Part shown: piece after piece, positions 54,617-64,000 of the stretch | Layout of the letters: every line of letters starts with the position of its first letter | How positions within the stretch are numbered: the stretch's first letter is position 1 | DNA from: an uncultured Caldisericota bacterium | GTDB lineage: Bacteria; Caldisericota; Caldisericia; UBA6126 | Assembly: GCA_964493625.1 (NCBI GenBank) | Contig: CAZBOU010000008.1 | Location: forward strand, 3,561 to 67,560 | DNA: 64,000 nucleotides | Reading direction: 5' to 3' | Translations under genes and position numbers: made by a program | The notes under the pieces: model-generated | The model's input: the letters and a program-made list of their open reading frames with translations, nothing else | What the model was told of the DNA's origin: nothing | Database searches by the model: none

Positions 54617-57137
54617 CCGAACCAGAGATTTTTCAAAAAAAAACAAGAGTCCTTTTCAAAAGATCTTTCTTTCTTTTCTCATTCTGCTACTGATAGCTAT
54701 TTTTGCTTCTTTTTTTTATCTGTATAGGGTTTACACCCAGTTTTCCAACGAGCTTCCCAAATCAGAAGATATTGTCATAACTAGAGAAGAGTCTTCAAGT
54801 ATTTACGATCGTGATGGAAATCTTCTAAAAGTCTTGTATCTAACTGAACAGCGATTGTATGTCCCGTTAAAAGATATTTCGAAAGCTGTACAAAGTGCCA
54901 TTTTAGCGTCTGAAGACGAACGATTCTTTCTCCATGAGGGAGTTGATTTACGGGCAGTTCTACGAGCAGTATATGTCAATTTCTTGTCGGGAGATTTATC
55001 AGAAGGTGGCTCAACTATTACGCAACAGTTAGCAAGAAATGTGTTTCTTGGTCAAGAGAAAACATTTACTCGTAAACTGAAAGAAATGATTTTGTCTCTC
55101 AGAATTGAATCCGTATACAGAAAATCCGAAATATTGGAAATGTATTTAAACCAATGTTACTTTGGAGAAGGTTGCTATGGCATTGAAACTGCTGCAAGAA
55201 AATACTTCAATGTACATGCATCGGATTTGGATGTTGCTCAAGCATCAATTTTGGCAGCCGTACTACCCTCTCCCTCTACTTTGAACATTTACTCCTCTTT
55301 TGATCGTGTAAAAGTCCGACAAGAGTCTGTTTTACAAAAAATGGTAGCCAATGGATTTATTACACAAGAAGAAGCGGATAAAGCCTATCAAAAGAAGATC
55401 ACTGTTTTCGAAGGAACGAGTATAAAGAATAATGATGTTGTGCTAGAAAACGGTCTAGAATACTTCATAGATTATGTGAAAGACTTTGTCATAAACAAAC
55501 TTTCTGCGGATGAATTATACAAGGGGGGATTAAAAATCCATACTACTATTTCTCTACCTGTTCAAAAGGCTTGTTATGACTCGATGAAACAAGTTTTACA
55601 GGATGGTGAATCAAAAGGAGTTTTGCCTATTGAACGTTACGATTCTCTGCAAGTAATTCAACCGCAAGGGGCAGTTGTAGCTCTTGATCCACAGACAGGA
55701 GAAATCCTTGCCATGGTAGGAGGAAGAGACTATATTAATACGAATTACAATCGATGTTTGGCTTCGCGCCAACCCGGATCAAGCTTTAAAGTTTTTGCGT
55801 ATACAGCAGCCATAGATCGAGGTATAATAGCGCCAGAAAGCAGAAGGGTAAGCGAATATATAAATATTGAGGGCTGGAAACCAAGAGAGTGGTCTGGTCA
55901 TTATTTCGGCCCTATGTCTGTGGAAAGAGCTATCCAGATTTCTTCCAACATTGTCGCAGTAAAAGTTGCTATTGAAACAGGTCTTAGCACTGTTATTGAG
56001 TATGCTCAAAATATGGGAATTCAAACAGATCTTTTGGCAGTTCCTTCTATAGCGCTTGGCTCTGTAGATGTCCGCCCTATCGATATGGCCTCTGCATTTG
56101 GTACATTATCCAACGAAGGAAGACAAATTGACCCTGTTGGTATTACGCAAATCCTTAAATCTGGAAATGTTGATCCTATGTATATTCATCGTCTAGATGA
56201 AAAACAAGTGGTTTCTCCTCAAGCCTCATGGATTATGACTCAGCTTCTCCAGAAACCTATATCTCCAGGGGGAACTGCTTCATCCATACGAGTACCTGGA
56301 ATCCATATGGCCGGAAAAACAGGAACAACGGAGAATTATAAAGATGGTTGGTTTGTGGGCTTTACAAAAGGAATAACAATAGCCGTATATGTAGGTTCAG
56401 ACTCCAAAGAAGTAGATCTGTCATACATTAAAAATTATGGTTCGGAATTTGCTGGGAGTATTTTTAAAAGCGTGATTCAAAAAGTATACGATTCTTCTTT
56501 TCCGATCAAATTCCGAAATGAACCATGGAAAAAGCCTGAAGGAATTGTTTCAATACGAGTTTGCAATGAAACCGGTTTACGTGCAAACTCGTCGTGTCCT
56601 TATCATCTAGAGACCAGAATTAATGGACTATATCCTTCATATTGCAGTAAAAAACACATTTCTGAAGGGGAAAAGCAAGCAAAAGAAGAAGAAAAAAAGA
56701 AAGAAGAAGAGCAAAAAGAGACACCTGAATTGAGCGATAAAAACAAAGATTCATCTAAAACGGATGAAAATAATGACGAACCCTCTCCTGTTACTCCAAA
56801 CCCACCCAAAGAAGAGCCAAAACCTCCTCAAACTCCAGAAACGTCCTTTCAAAGCCCCTTCATATCAGATACAGGAGATTTTTCTATTAGCTTTTCTTCA
56901 CAGTTGCTTGTTGTGCAATCTCCTGTCACAGTTGAATTCTCGATTTGGGATCCGCAGGCAGATTCTGTGGAGTTGTATCTTAACGGCTCCCTTGTCGCTA
57001 TTTTAAATGAGTTTCCTTATCGATACACTTTTGTACCACAAATGCCTGGAGAGAATATCATTCAAGTGATTTTACGTGATGCATCGAATGGTATTCTCGG
57101 AAACAAAATCATTCCCGTCTATGTTTTTTCGCAGTAA
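54597..57137 (+). CDS. class A penicillin-binding protein, copy 2 (tandem paralog)
   Basis: ASEDERFFLHEGVD, GGSTITQQLARN, SSFK and KTGT. A Lys/Glu-rich then Pro-rich linker (KEEEKKKEEEQKE...PVTPNPPKEEPKPPQTPE) is followed by a beta-sandwich tail resembling that of copy 1. It overlaps copy 1 by 20 nt. Confidence 0.92.
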   Translation: MWIYKNNRTRDFSKKNKSPFQKIFLSFLILLLIAIFASFFYLYRVYTQFSNELPKSEDIVITREESSSIYDRDGNLLKVLYLTEQRLYVPLKDISKAVQSAILASEDERFFLHEGVDLRAVLRAVYVNFLSGDLSEGGSTITQQLARNVFLGQEKTFTRKLKEMILSLRIESVYRKSEILEMYLNQCYFGEGCYGIETAARKYFNVHASDLDVAQASILAAVLPSPSTLNIYSSFDRVKVRQESVLQKMVANGFITQEEADKAYQKKITVFEGTSIKNNDVVLENGLEYFIDYVKDFVINKLSADELYKGGLKIHTTISLPVQKACYDSMKQVLQDGESKGVLPIERYDSLQVIQPQGAVVALDPQTGEILAMVGGRDYINTNYNRCLASRQPGSSFKVFAYTAAIDRGIIAPESRRVSEYINIEGWKPREWSGHYFGPMSVERAIQISSNIVAVKVAIETGLSTVIEYAQNMGIQTDLLAVPSIALGSVDVRPIDMASAFGTLSNEGRQIDPVGITQILKSGNVDPMYIHRLDEKQVVSPQASWIMTQLLQKPISPGGTASSIRVPGIHMAGKTGTTENYKDGWFVGFTKGITIAVYVGSDSKEVDLSYIKNYGSEFAGSIFKSVIQKVYDSSFPIKFRNEPWKKPEGIVSIRVCNETGLRANSSCPYHLETRINGLYPSYCSKKHISEGEKQAKEEEKKKEEEQKETPELSDKNKDSSKTDENNDEPSPVTPNPPKEEPKPPQTPETSFQSPFISDTGDFSISFSSQLLVVQSPVTVEFSIWDPQADSVELYLNGSLVAILNEFPYRYTFVPQMPGENIIQVILRDASNGILGNKIIPVYVFSQ

Positions 57138-57765
57138 GGTTTCTTCAAAAACCGGCCTGTTCATCGTTTTGGAAGGTATTGATGGGTGTGGAAAATCGAC
57201 ACAAATCCAATGTATTGAGAAATGGTTTCATACCAATCAATTGCCATATAATAGTACCAAGGAACCTACAAATTCATCCATTGGAAAGATGATTCAGACT
57301 TCTCTTGCAAAGCAACAGATTGAGTACTCTCCTTTGGTTCAGTTATTGTTGTTTACGGCGGATCGATTTCATCATGTGGAGCAAATGAAGAAATGGACAC
57401 AAGCTGGTATACATGTTGTTTGCGATCGATTTCTTGACTCTACTTTTGCATATCAAGCTTCTACTAGTAAACTAAGAGAAGTATTTGAATTTCATGAAAA
57501 AGAAGTTACCGATATTCTTTATCCAGACCTTACTTTTTTTTTGGATGTTCCTGTAGAAATTTCTTTAAAAAGAGTTTATAGTCGAGGACGTACCGAGTGT
57601 TTTGAAAATGAAATGTTTTTAACAAGTGTGAGAGATCGTTATTTTGAGAGAATATATAAACACCCTGAGAAGTACATTGTTCTTAATGGGAATGCTCCAG
57701 TAGATGTTGTTTTCTCCGATATTGTAAAACACATATCCAATTTCATAGGAGGAGATAGAAAATGA
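57121..57765 (+). CDS. tmk: thymidylate kinase
   Basis: GLFIVLEGIDGCGKSTQ (P-loop) and the DRF motif (VVCDRFLDSTFAYQ). ATG 57121 overlaps the PBP stop by 17 nt. Confidence 0.9.
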   Translation: MFFRSKVSSKTGLFIVLEGIDGCGKSTQIQCIEKWFHTNQLPYNSTKEPTNSSIGKMIQTSLAKQQIEYSPLVQLLLFTADRFHHVEQMKKWTQAGIHVVCDRFLDSTFAYQASTSKLREVFEFHEKEVTDILYPDLTFFLDVPVEISLKRVYSRGRTECFENEMFLTSVRDRYFERIYKHPEKYIVLNGNAPVDVVFSDIVKHISNFIGGDRK

Positions 57766-58091
57766 AATTTGTTATATCTGTCATTCAGGAAGAAGATACA
57801 AAAAATGTAGTAGATATCCTTCTTAATGAAGGGTTTAAAGTTACAAAACTGAGAAGTATGGGGGGCTTTCTTGAGGTTCACAATACCATTCTTTTGTCAG
57901 CTGTTGAGACGAAGTGTTTGGATAAATACTTGGATATCATTAAGAACAACTGTAAAAGCAGACAACGGTTTGTTGAAAATGTCCCATTGAATATGTTGGA
58001 AGGGAGTCCAGGCTATACTCTTCCTGTAAAAGTAACCGTAGGTGGAGCGCAAGTGTTTATCATCAACATGGAGGACTACAAGAAGTACTAA
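57762..58091 (+). CDS. darA: PII-like cyclic-di-AMP receptor DarA/PstA (YaaQ family)
   Basis: 109 aa. MKFVISVIQEEDTKNVVDILLNEGFKVTKLRSMGGFL...VTVGGAQVFI closely parallels Bacillus DarA (MKLIVAVVQDQDSNRLL..FRVTKLATTGGFL...VGGATVFV). It occupies the tmk-darA-holB position. Confidence 0.85.
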   Translation: MKFVISVIQEEDTKNVVDILLNEGFKVTKLRSMGGFLEVHNTILLSAVETKCLDKYLDIIKNNCKSRQRFVENVPLNMLEGSPGYTLPVKVTVGGAQVFIINMEDYKKY

Positions 58092-59074
58092 TGAGTCTCC
58101 ATCAAATTACTATTGGACATCATGCGCTGAAAGAATCCTTGATTCATTATTTGCAGGGGAATCCTCAGACCAATACATTGTTATTTGCTGGACCCCCTGG
58201 ATCCGGGAAGAGTTATTTTTTGAAAGCATTTGCACAGGATTTTCTCTGCATGGGAAATTCTGGTATTGCATGCGGACATTGTGAAAGCTGCAGAGGCTTT
58301 CTCACGGGTACTATACCGGACTTTATAGAATGCAACTCGCAGAAAAACCCCATCAAAATACAGCAGATACGAGACTTACAGAAAGATGCTTTAATGCATC
58401 CAGTATTTAGTAACAAAAAACTTATAGTTCTATACGGTGCAGATAGCTTAACCATGGAAGCATCGAATGCTCTTCTAAAAATGTTGGAAGAACCAAGTGC
58501 ATCTACTTGTTTTGTTTTAGAAACAAGCATGCCTGATAAGATTTTAAATACAATTCGATCTCGTTCCGTATTGTTTCGCTTTCAACCTTACTCATGTAGC
58601 GAGATTAAATCTATTTTAGAGGAGTCTGGTCTTGAAGAAGATTCTCAAAAAAGAGAACTCCTTTCTTTTTTAGCCAACGGCAATGCACATAGGGCTTTTA
58701 AACTGTGCAATAACGATTACTTCTCTACGAGAGTTGAATACTGTTCTAAATTCGGCACCATTATTATAGAAGAAGATGCAATTCCTTCTTTCCCAAGAAA
58801 AATGGAAAAAAAAGAGTTATGTGATTTCATTTTTGAATCACAGTCCATTCTAGAGGATGCTATCCGTTACAATCTACACAGAGAAGATCAAGTAAAAAAT
58901 AAAGACCAAATTCAACTCATACAGGCTATTCAGGAGTCTTTTCCCTTACCCACCATTGTAGAGTTGCAAGAAATATTGTTACAATGTGAACAAATGACAG
59001 ATTCCTCTGGTATTCTCGCAAACAAGATACTGTTGAAGATCATTATGGACTGTAAAAAGTTATTGTTTTTCTAG
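58091..59074 (+). CDS. holB: DNA polymerase III delta-prime subunit
   Basis: LLFAGPPGSGKS, the zinc module CGHCESCRGF, and NALLKMLEEP. The start overlaps the darA stop by 1 nt (TAATG). Confidence 0.85.
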   Translation: MSLHQITIGHHALKESLIHYLQGNPQTNTLLFAGPPGSGKSYFLKAFAQDFLCMGNSGIACGHCESCRGFLTGTIPDFIECNSQKNPIKIQQIRDLQKDALMHPVFSNKKLIVLYGADSLTMEASNALLKMLEEPSASTCFVLETSMPDKILNTIRSRSVLFRFQPYSCSEIKSILEESGLEEDSQKRELLSFLANGNAHRAFKLCNNDYFSTRVEYCSKFGTIIIEEDAIPSFPRKMEKKELCDFIFESQSILEDAIRYNLHREDQVKNKDQIQLIQAIQESFPLPTIVELQEILLQCEQMTDSSGILANKILLKIIMDCKKLLFF

Positions 59075-59144
59075 GAAATTGTAACATTTGCTTGTATTAA
59101 TCAGTATACTGTTATGTAAACTCTTTTAAAAAAAGGAGCCCATA

Positions 59145-62100
59145 ATGAAGAACCAAACCATAGCTGTTATGGTTTTAGCTGTTTTTATTTTTTTATCTGG
59201 TATTTTTCCTAGTGCAGTTAAGGGTAATACTGAAAAAATTAGTCCCTCGTTTTACAAGGATGTTTGCACTACAACAAACCTGATTCCCGTGGTCATAGAG
59301 TTTAATAAACCTTGTTCATATCGATATGTACGAGACTCATTTCATATATCTAGTTTTGTATATACACAAGAAGAAATACGCATAAAATATGAAACAGATT
59401 TGACTTCCTACCAAAATCATCTCCTTCAGAAATGGCAGAAGCAGGGCATTGGCGTGTATGCGGACCATCAGGTTTATCATGTCATGAATGCAATGATCGC
59501 AGAGATCAGAGGGACCGATATTGAACGCCTGATAAAGAGTCCCGGTGTGAAATATGTGTATGACAATCGTATAGAATACTACCCAGAAAGATCTATTGCT
59601 GCGGTTACTACACAAGTTCAAAAAGTATGGGACACCCTCGGATATAAAGGAGAGAGTATCCGCGTGGGTATTTTGGACTCCGGTCTAGACAGAACTCATC
59701 AAGATTTTAGTTCCGATTTGACGGATGCAAATATTGTAGATGAAGATGGATATGTAAAACAATCTCGTGTGTATGCAGGAGAAGATTTTGCCGATGGAGA
59801 CTCAGACTGGAATGACGACCTACCCGTTGGTATGCATGGGTATGGACATGGAACACATGTGGCCGGCATTGTCGGAGGGAATTCCTGGATTCATAGCGAT
59901 ACTCTAGGGATGGCTCCTGAGGTAGAATTTTGCATATACAAAGTTTTTTCCAAAGAAAAATCAGGAGCCAGGAATATTTTGGCTGCGATTGATCGAGCAT
60001 TCACTGATCAATGTGATATCATTAATATGTCACTGGGGCATAGCGGGGGTTCTGCGAAAGGAAGTTCGTATTATTCTTCCCTAACCGAGAATGTTAAAGA
60101 AGCTATTGAAAGCGGTGCTTTTTTTATTGTGGCTTCTGCTGGCAACGATGGAACTAGAGGTAGAAAACTAAACTTTTCAACAGGTTCACCTGCTAGCACA
60201 TTTGAATTTCTTAGTGTTGCTGCTTCCAATGATCGACCATTTGAAACTTTTCTCGTTTCTACAGACACCACAAAAAGAAGCATTGACTTTACCTTGTCTC
60301 CACATTCTGGTCCCTTTACAAATAAAATTCTCCAACAACAAATGATTCCTTGTGGGTTGGGGAAAAAAGAAGATATTCCTTCGAGTGTTGAAGGAAATAT
60401 TGCTTTGATTAAACGAGGCAGTATGACATTTCGCGAGAAAATGGAAAATGCAATGGAAAAAGGTGCTGTTGCAGTCATTTTATACAACCACAGCGCTGGC
60501 TTGATTACTCCTGCACTAGCAACTGGTAGCGAGAATCCAGAGGATATTGATACAATTCCTGTCTGTATGGTAGCTAAAATTGATGGACAATGGCTTTTGG
60601 ATCATTATGAAGAACCATTGCAGATGACGTTAAAAGAAGGTCGCCAAATGACAATCGCTACGTTTTCTTCTTCTGGTCCTACTGTGGACGGATTTTTCAA
60701 ACCAGAAGTTACAGCCCCTGGAACCGCAATTTTGTCATGTTTCCCCAAAAATTCGTATGCAAAAGCAGGCGGGACATCTATGTCAGCGCCTGTGGTTAGC
60801 GGCTTGAGCGCTCTATTGAAAGAAGCCCAACCAGACTGGAACTTGATGCAAATTAAATCTGCTTTCATGAATACTGCTGAGGTGTTAGTGAATCCTCTAA
60901 CAGATCATCCTATTGCATTATCAATGCAAGGTGCTGGCGAAGTTAGGTTGGAGAATGCAATACATACGCCAGCTTTTATTGAGCCTCAAGCGTTTGTTGT
61001 GCAGCCTACTATCGTTCAACCACATGGGATCACAGGCGATAAACCCCTTACGTTTTCTGTTACCAGTAACTCCCAAAATCCCATCACTTTTCGCTTATCG
61101 ACCGAAATATTTGCCATTATGCCAGACGAAAGCATCCCGTTTGAGTGGAATTTCGACAAAGAATTGATCACCATAGAGCCAGGTGAACAGAAAGATTTCT
61201 CCATCGCTTTTGAGTTGGAAGAAAATGCCCCAAGAGATCACTATGACGGTTTGATTTGGCTTGTTCCAGAAGAAACCGAGAAGCAACATCTTCATATTCC
61301 TTTTGTTGTGTATCCAGATGGTATTACAACCATCGATGCTCCCATTTCCAATATTCTTATAGAACCCAAAGAATGGGATTATTCCTCTGAAAATACAGAC
61401 CCTTTACGAATTGGTTTTTATCTGCATTCAGGTACAGAGCAAAGCATTGAAGGCGAGACAAACTACAATAATTTTGCCAATGTTATGGTTTCTCTTGTGG
61501 ATGAATCGGGTCAAGAATGGGCATTAATTGATACACCATCATCGTTACTTGCAGGAGATTACTATTATTTTGAATGGTCTGGTAAAACAAAAAATGGGAG
61601 TTATTTGCTATTTGATGGTGACTATTACCTCAAAATTACAATTGATGGTTTTGTCTATAAAAATGGAGAATTAGTACGAGAAACTTCTTACAACTCTATG
61701 GACAAAGATAAGGAAAGTGTAAAGTTTATCATTGAAAACTCCCCCGTTCCACTACCGGAGAATGTTATTATATCAGCTAAAAGGCTTTATCATGTTGATG
61801 AATCTCTTCACATGGGTTTTATTTTAGAAAAAGCCAAAGATGTTAATGGGGTTCGTTTCACTTATCGATATGACCCGCAAGCTCTTGATTTCGAGGGCGT
61901 TACGTATGGACAGGATATTACTCCCTGTGAAACAGATGAGTTTGTCATTGACCATGATATTGATCATGGCATCTTACAATGTACCCTTATACAAAAAGAA
62001 GAAAACTGGACGGGAGACTATTTACAAATCCTTTCTCTTGAATTTTCACTTAAAGAAAGCGGTAAGCCACTTCTGTTTGATTTTAAAGATGGTTTTCTTT

Positions 62101-62354
62101 TTTCATCAAGTCAGGAATCAGGTCGGCTGAAAGCCTTCTACCCCGAAGTAAAAGGCACTCGTCGGTCGAATTATCATTTGTGCGACCTTAATGGTGATCG
62201 CGTTGTAGATAGGTATGATTTTATTGAATTTCAGAAGTATTTTGATAGTCAATATGGCGATCAAAGATACAACGAAATTTGCGATTTTAATCAGGATCAC
62301 AGGATCCAACTAGAAGACCTTATGATATTAAGTAAAGAATATGTTGAAAACTAG
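59145..62354 (+). CDS. 1069-aa secreted S8 peptidase with PA-domain insertion, cohesin-like module and C-terminal dockerin
   Basis: AAGGAG RBS and a signal peptide, then an I9-like propeptide. Catalytic residues are Asp (VGILDSGLD), His (GHGTHVAGIVGG) and Ser (GGTSMSAPVVSGL). The PA domain reads IALIKRGSMTFREKMENAMEKGAVAVILYNH. A cohesin-like module lies at about 61780-62120 (VRFTYRYDPQALDFEGVTYG...LQILSLEFSLKESG). The dockerin lies at 62181-62340 (CDLNGDRVVDRYDFIEFQKYF...CDFNQDHRIQLEDLMILSKEY). Confidence 0.9.
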   Translation: MKNQTIAVMVLAVFIFLSGIFPSAVKGNTEKISPSFYKDVCTTTNLIPVVIEFNKPCSYRYVRDSFHISSFVYTQEEIRIKYETDLTSYQNHLLQKWQKQGIGVYADHQVYHVMNAMIAEIRGTDIERLIKSPGVKYVYDNRIEYYPERSIAAVTTQVQKVWDTLGYKGESIRVGILDSGLDRTHQDFSSDLTDANIVDEDGYVKQSRVYAGEDFADGDSDWNDDLPVGMHGYGHGTHVAGIVGGNSWIHSDTLGMAPEVEFCIYKVFSKEKSGARNILAAIDRAFTDQCDIINMSLGHSGGSAKGSSYYSSLTENVKEAIESGAFFIVASAGNDGTRGRKLNFSTGSPASTFEFLSVAASNDRPFETFLVSTDTTKRSIDFTLSPHSGPFTNKILQQQMIPCGLGKKEDIPSSVEGNIALIKRGSMTFREKMENAMEKGAVAVILYNHSAGLITPALATGSENPEDIDTIPVCMVAKIDGQWLLDHYEEPLQMTLKEGRQMTIATFSSSGPTVDGFFKPEVTAPGTAILSCFPKNSYAKAGGTSMSAPVVSGLSALLKEAQPDWNLMQIKSAFMNTAEVLVNPLTDHPIALSMQGAGEVRLENAIHTPAFIEPQAFVVQPTIVQPHGITGDKPLTFSVTSNSQNPITFRLSTEIFAIMPDESIPFEWNFDKELITIEPGEQKDFSIAFELEENAPRDHYDGLIWLVPEETEKQHLHIPFVVYPDGITTIDAPISNILIEPKEWDYSSENTDPLRIGFYLHSGTEQSIEGETNYNNFANVMVSLVDESGQEWALIDTPSSLLAGDYYYFEWSGKTKNGSYLLFDGDYYLKITIDGFVYKNGELVRETSYNSMDKDKESVKFIIENSPVPLPENVIISAKRLYHVDESLHMGFILEKAKDVNGVRFTYRYDPQALDFEGVTYGQDITPCETDEFVIDHDIDHGILQCTLIQKEENWTGDYLQILSLEFSLKESGKPLLFDFKDGFLFSSSQESGRLKAFYPEVKGTRRSNYHLCDLNGDRVVDRYDFIEFQKYFDSQYGDQRYNEICDFNQDHRIQLEDLMILSKEYVEN

Positions 62355-62364
62355 GGTGGTATAT

Positions 62365-64000
62365 ATGAAGAAGATTGTTTTTTTACTATTTTTAATGTGT
62401 TGTTTTATTGGTGTTTCGATCTTTCCTGTACAAGGATCTTTTGATAGAAAGACAACTCATCACGATGTCTTTATCGAAGATAGTATCTTGTCAAAGCAGA
62501 AGGATACCACTTTAATTCCTATCATTGTGGAGCTAACAGAGCCTTGTGTAATTGAACAAAGTGATCGTCAAGTTACAATGGCTTCCTTTTATCATACGAA
62601 TCAAGATTTTATACTCGATTATTCCTTTGAACCAAGTGTTTTGTCACAACAAGCGTCTTTTCTTTCTTATCTAGAGAGAAACGGAATCAGTTTCCGGGAT
62701 ACTGGGAATCATTGTACGATTATTGCCAATTCCGTTGCATTGGACGTTAAAGGTACAGATATTAAACATATACTTGACCATCCTGGTGTTTCGAAAATAT
62801 GGTCCAACGAAGTGCGGTTTTTCCCATCTCGCTATGTAGCTGCTCAAACAACTCATGCAGTTGACGCCTGGAAGGGAATTGCTAAAAACATGGGCGTTGA
62901 AGGCTCGGGTGTAAAGGTAGGCGTTCTTGATACTGGCTTGGATACCACCCACGATGATTTCCAAAAGCGAGTTAAGGGGGGTTATGATTACGGAGACAAT
63001 GACCCAGATTTTAACGATCGGGTTGGACATGGAACACATGTAGCAGGAATTATTGGTGGAAAATCTCTTGATAACAAATTTAACGTTGGGATGGCTCCTG
63101 AAGCATTTTTATATATCTACAAAGTTTTTTCTTCATCGTCTCCTGGAGCAAATACCCAAAATATTATTAAAGCAGTTGAGCAATCGATAAAAGATAAATG
63201 TGATGTTATCAATATGTCGCTGGGATATGAGAGTGGTGAACCTGCCACATCTACAGGCTATTATGCTGACAGTATCAGAAATGCCAATAAAACAGGTGTA
63301 ATGGTTGTAGTGGCTGCAAGCAATGAAGGATCCAGAGGCAAAAAGCAAAAATATGCCATCGGTTCACCTAGCACCCTCGATGTATGTTTTAGCGTCGCAG
63401 CAACTGATGATCGTTCCAAACTTAGTTTTTCCGCGTCTGCCAATGGCGAAAAACGCCGAATTACGGCAAAATTAGCACAATATTCTCCTTCTTTTACCAA
63501 TAAACTAACCAATACTTCTTTGGTAGATTGTGAATATGGAGAGTTAGAGACTATACCCGATGATGTCCGTGGAAAAATTGCGATATTGCAACGAGGCCCA
63601 AAAAATTCTAATATGACATTTCGTGAAAAAATGGACAATGTACGTAATGCCGGAGCAATTGCTCTAATTATCTATAATTACAAAGGCGAACAGTTGATAT
63701 CGCCAGCTATTGCCACGCAAGATGAAGATCCATCAAATATAACATTCATCCCAACTTGTCTCATCCCATATACAGATGGACAGTGGTTATTGGATCATAC
63801 CGATGAAGTATCTCTTGACTTTTCCCAAGGTGTTGGTTCGATTATGTCCACCTTTAGTTCTCAAGGATCTGGATCCGATGGTTGGTTTAAGCCAGAAATT
63901 GCAACTCCTGGAACAAACATTATGTCCACGGTACCAAAAAATTCATATGCTGCCAATAGTGGAACATCAATGGCATCTCCTGTTATGGCAGGTTTAGTAG
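62365..64000 (+). CDS. second S8 peptidase with PA domain (paralog), truncated by window end
   Basis: Absent from the ORF track because it has no in-window stop. GGGTGG RBS and ATG 62365 give MKKIVFLLFLMCCFIGVSIFPVQG. Motifs are VGVLDTGLDTTHDD, GHGTHVAGIIGG, the PA segment KIAILQRGPKNSNMTFREKMDNVRNAGAIALIIYN, and GTSMASPVMAGL at the window edge. Confidence 0.85.
   Translation, partial: MKKIVFLLFLMCCFIGVSIFPVQGSFDRKTTHHDVFIEDSILSKQKDTTLIPIIVELTEPCVIEQSDRQVTMASFYHTNQDFILDYSFEPSVLSQQASFLSYLERNGISFRDTGNHCTIIANSVALDVKGTDIKHILDHPGVSKIWSNEVRFFPSRYVAAQTTHAVDAWKGIAKNMGVEGSGVKVGVLDTGLDTTHDDFQKRVKGGYDYGDNDPDFNDRVGHGTHVAGIIGGKSLDNKFNVGMAPEAFLYIYKVFSSSSPGANTQNIIKAVEQSIKDKCDVINMSLGYESGEPATSTGYYADSIRNANKTGVMVVVAASNEGSRGKKQKYAIGSPSTLDVCFSVAATDDRSKLSFSASANGEKRRITAKLAQYSPSFTNKLTNTSLVDCEYGELETIPDDVRGKIAILQRGPKNSNMTFREKMDNVRNAGAIALIIYNYKGEQLISPAIATQDEDPSNITFIPTCLIPYTDGQWLLDHTDEVSLDFSQGVGSIMSTFSSQGSGSDGWFKPEIATPGTNIMSTVPKNSYAANSGTSMASPVMAGLV

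Noticed and set aside
59079-59110. Promoter upstream of the S8/PA protease (TTGTAA ... TATACT)
   Set aside because: The hexamer spacing is 20 nt, and alternative pairings give 10-11 nt. None fits a sigma-70-type geometry, so I did not report it as a feature.
1-64000. CRISPR arrays, tRNA/rRNA genes, IS elements, prophage or integrative-element borders
   Set aside because: Intergenic space is minimal (the longest gap is about 240 bp). I found no short direct-repeat arrays, no tRNA-like cloverleaf candidates in the gaps, and no transposase, integrase or recombinase motifs in any frame I read.

Overview
This is 64 kb of AT-rich, almost gap-free bacterial chromosome. I saw no rRNA, tRNA, CRISPR array, transposase, integrase or reverse transcriptase. 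Two kinds of content alternate. (1) Housekeeping blocks with Firmicutes/Clostridia-like gene order: a leftward deoB-like fragment at the window start; secA-prfB-ileS, with the classic +1 frameshift in prfB; convergent cdaA-cdaR (c-di-AMP synthase module); hpf; a leftward efp-nusB-ispA-dxs-tlyA-nadK-recN-hflX string; and a rightward, translationally coupled string of a small CxxC membrane protein, a NapH-like polyferredoxin, gltX, two tandem class A PBPs, tmk, darA and holB. (2) A cell-surface island of about 30 kb (11.1-40.7 kb) and a second patch (59.1 kb to the window end). These encode very large signal-peptide proteins (1393, 2202, 1606, 1031, 1221, 1587 and 1069 aa, plus a truncated one) built from beta-propellers (NHL, PQQ/BamB-like, possibly Kelch-like), Ig/Fn3-like sandwiches, S8 peptidase cores and a SpoIID domain. 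Three signals stand out. (a) A minimal exosortase/archaeosortase-like membrane protein, plus a Cys-less paralog, lies directly downstream of the 1393-aa Tyr-rich protein, and that protein alone ends in a motif + TM helix + basic cluster sorting-type tail. (b) Four otherwise unrelated island proteins share a C-terminal cassette of Ig-like module(s) plus two copper-amine-oxidase-N-like repeats, probably an envelope anchor. (c) Cohesin-like and dockerin modules sit on non-cellulosomal proteins (PQQ propeller, SpoIID protein, S8 protease), which suggests a self-assembling surface complex. All functional calls come from motifs read by eye in the translations. No database search was run.
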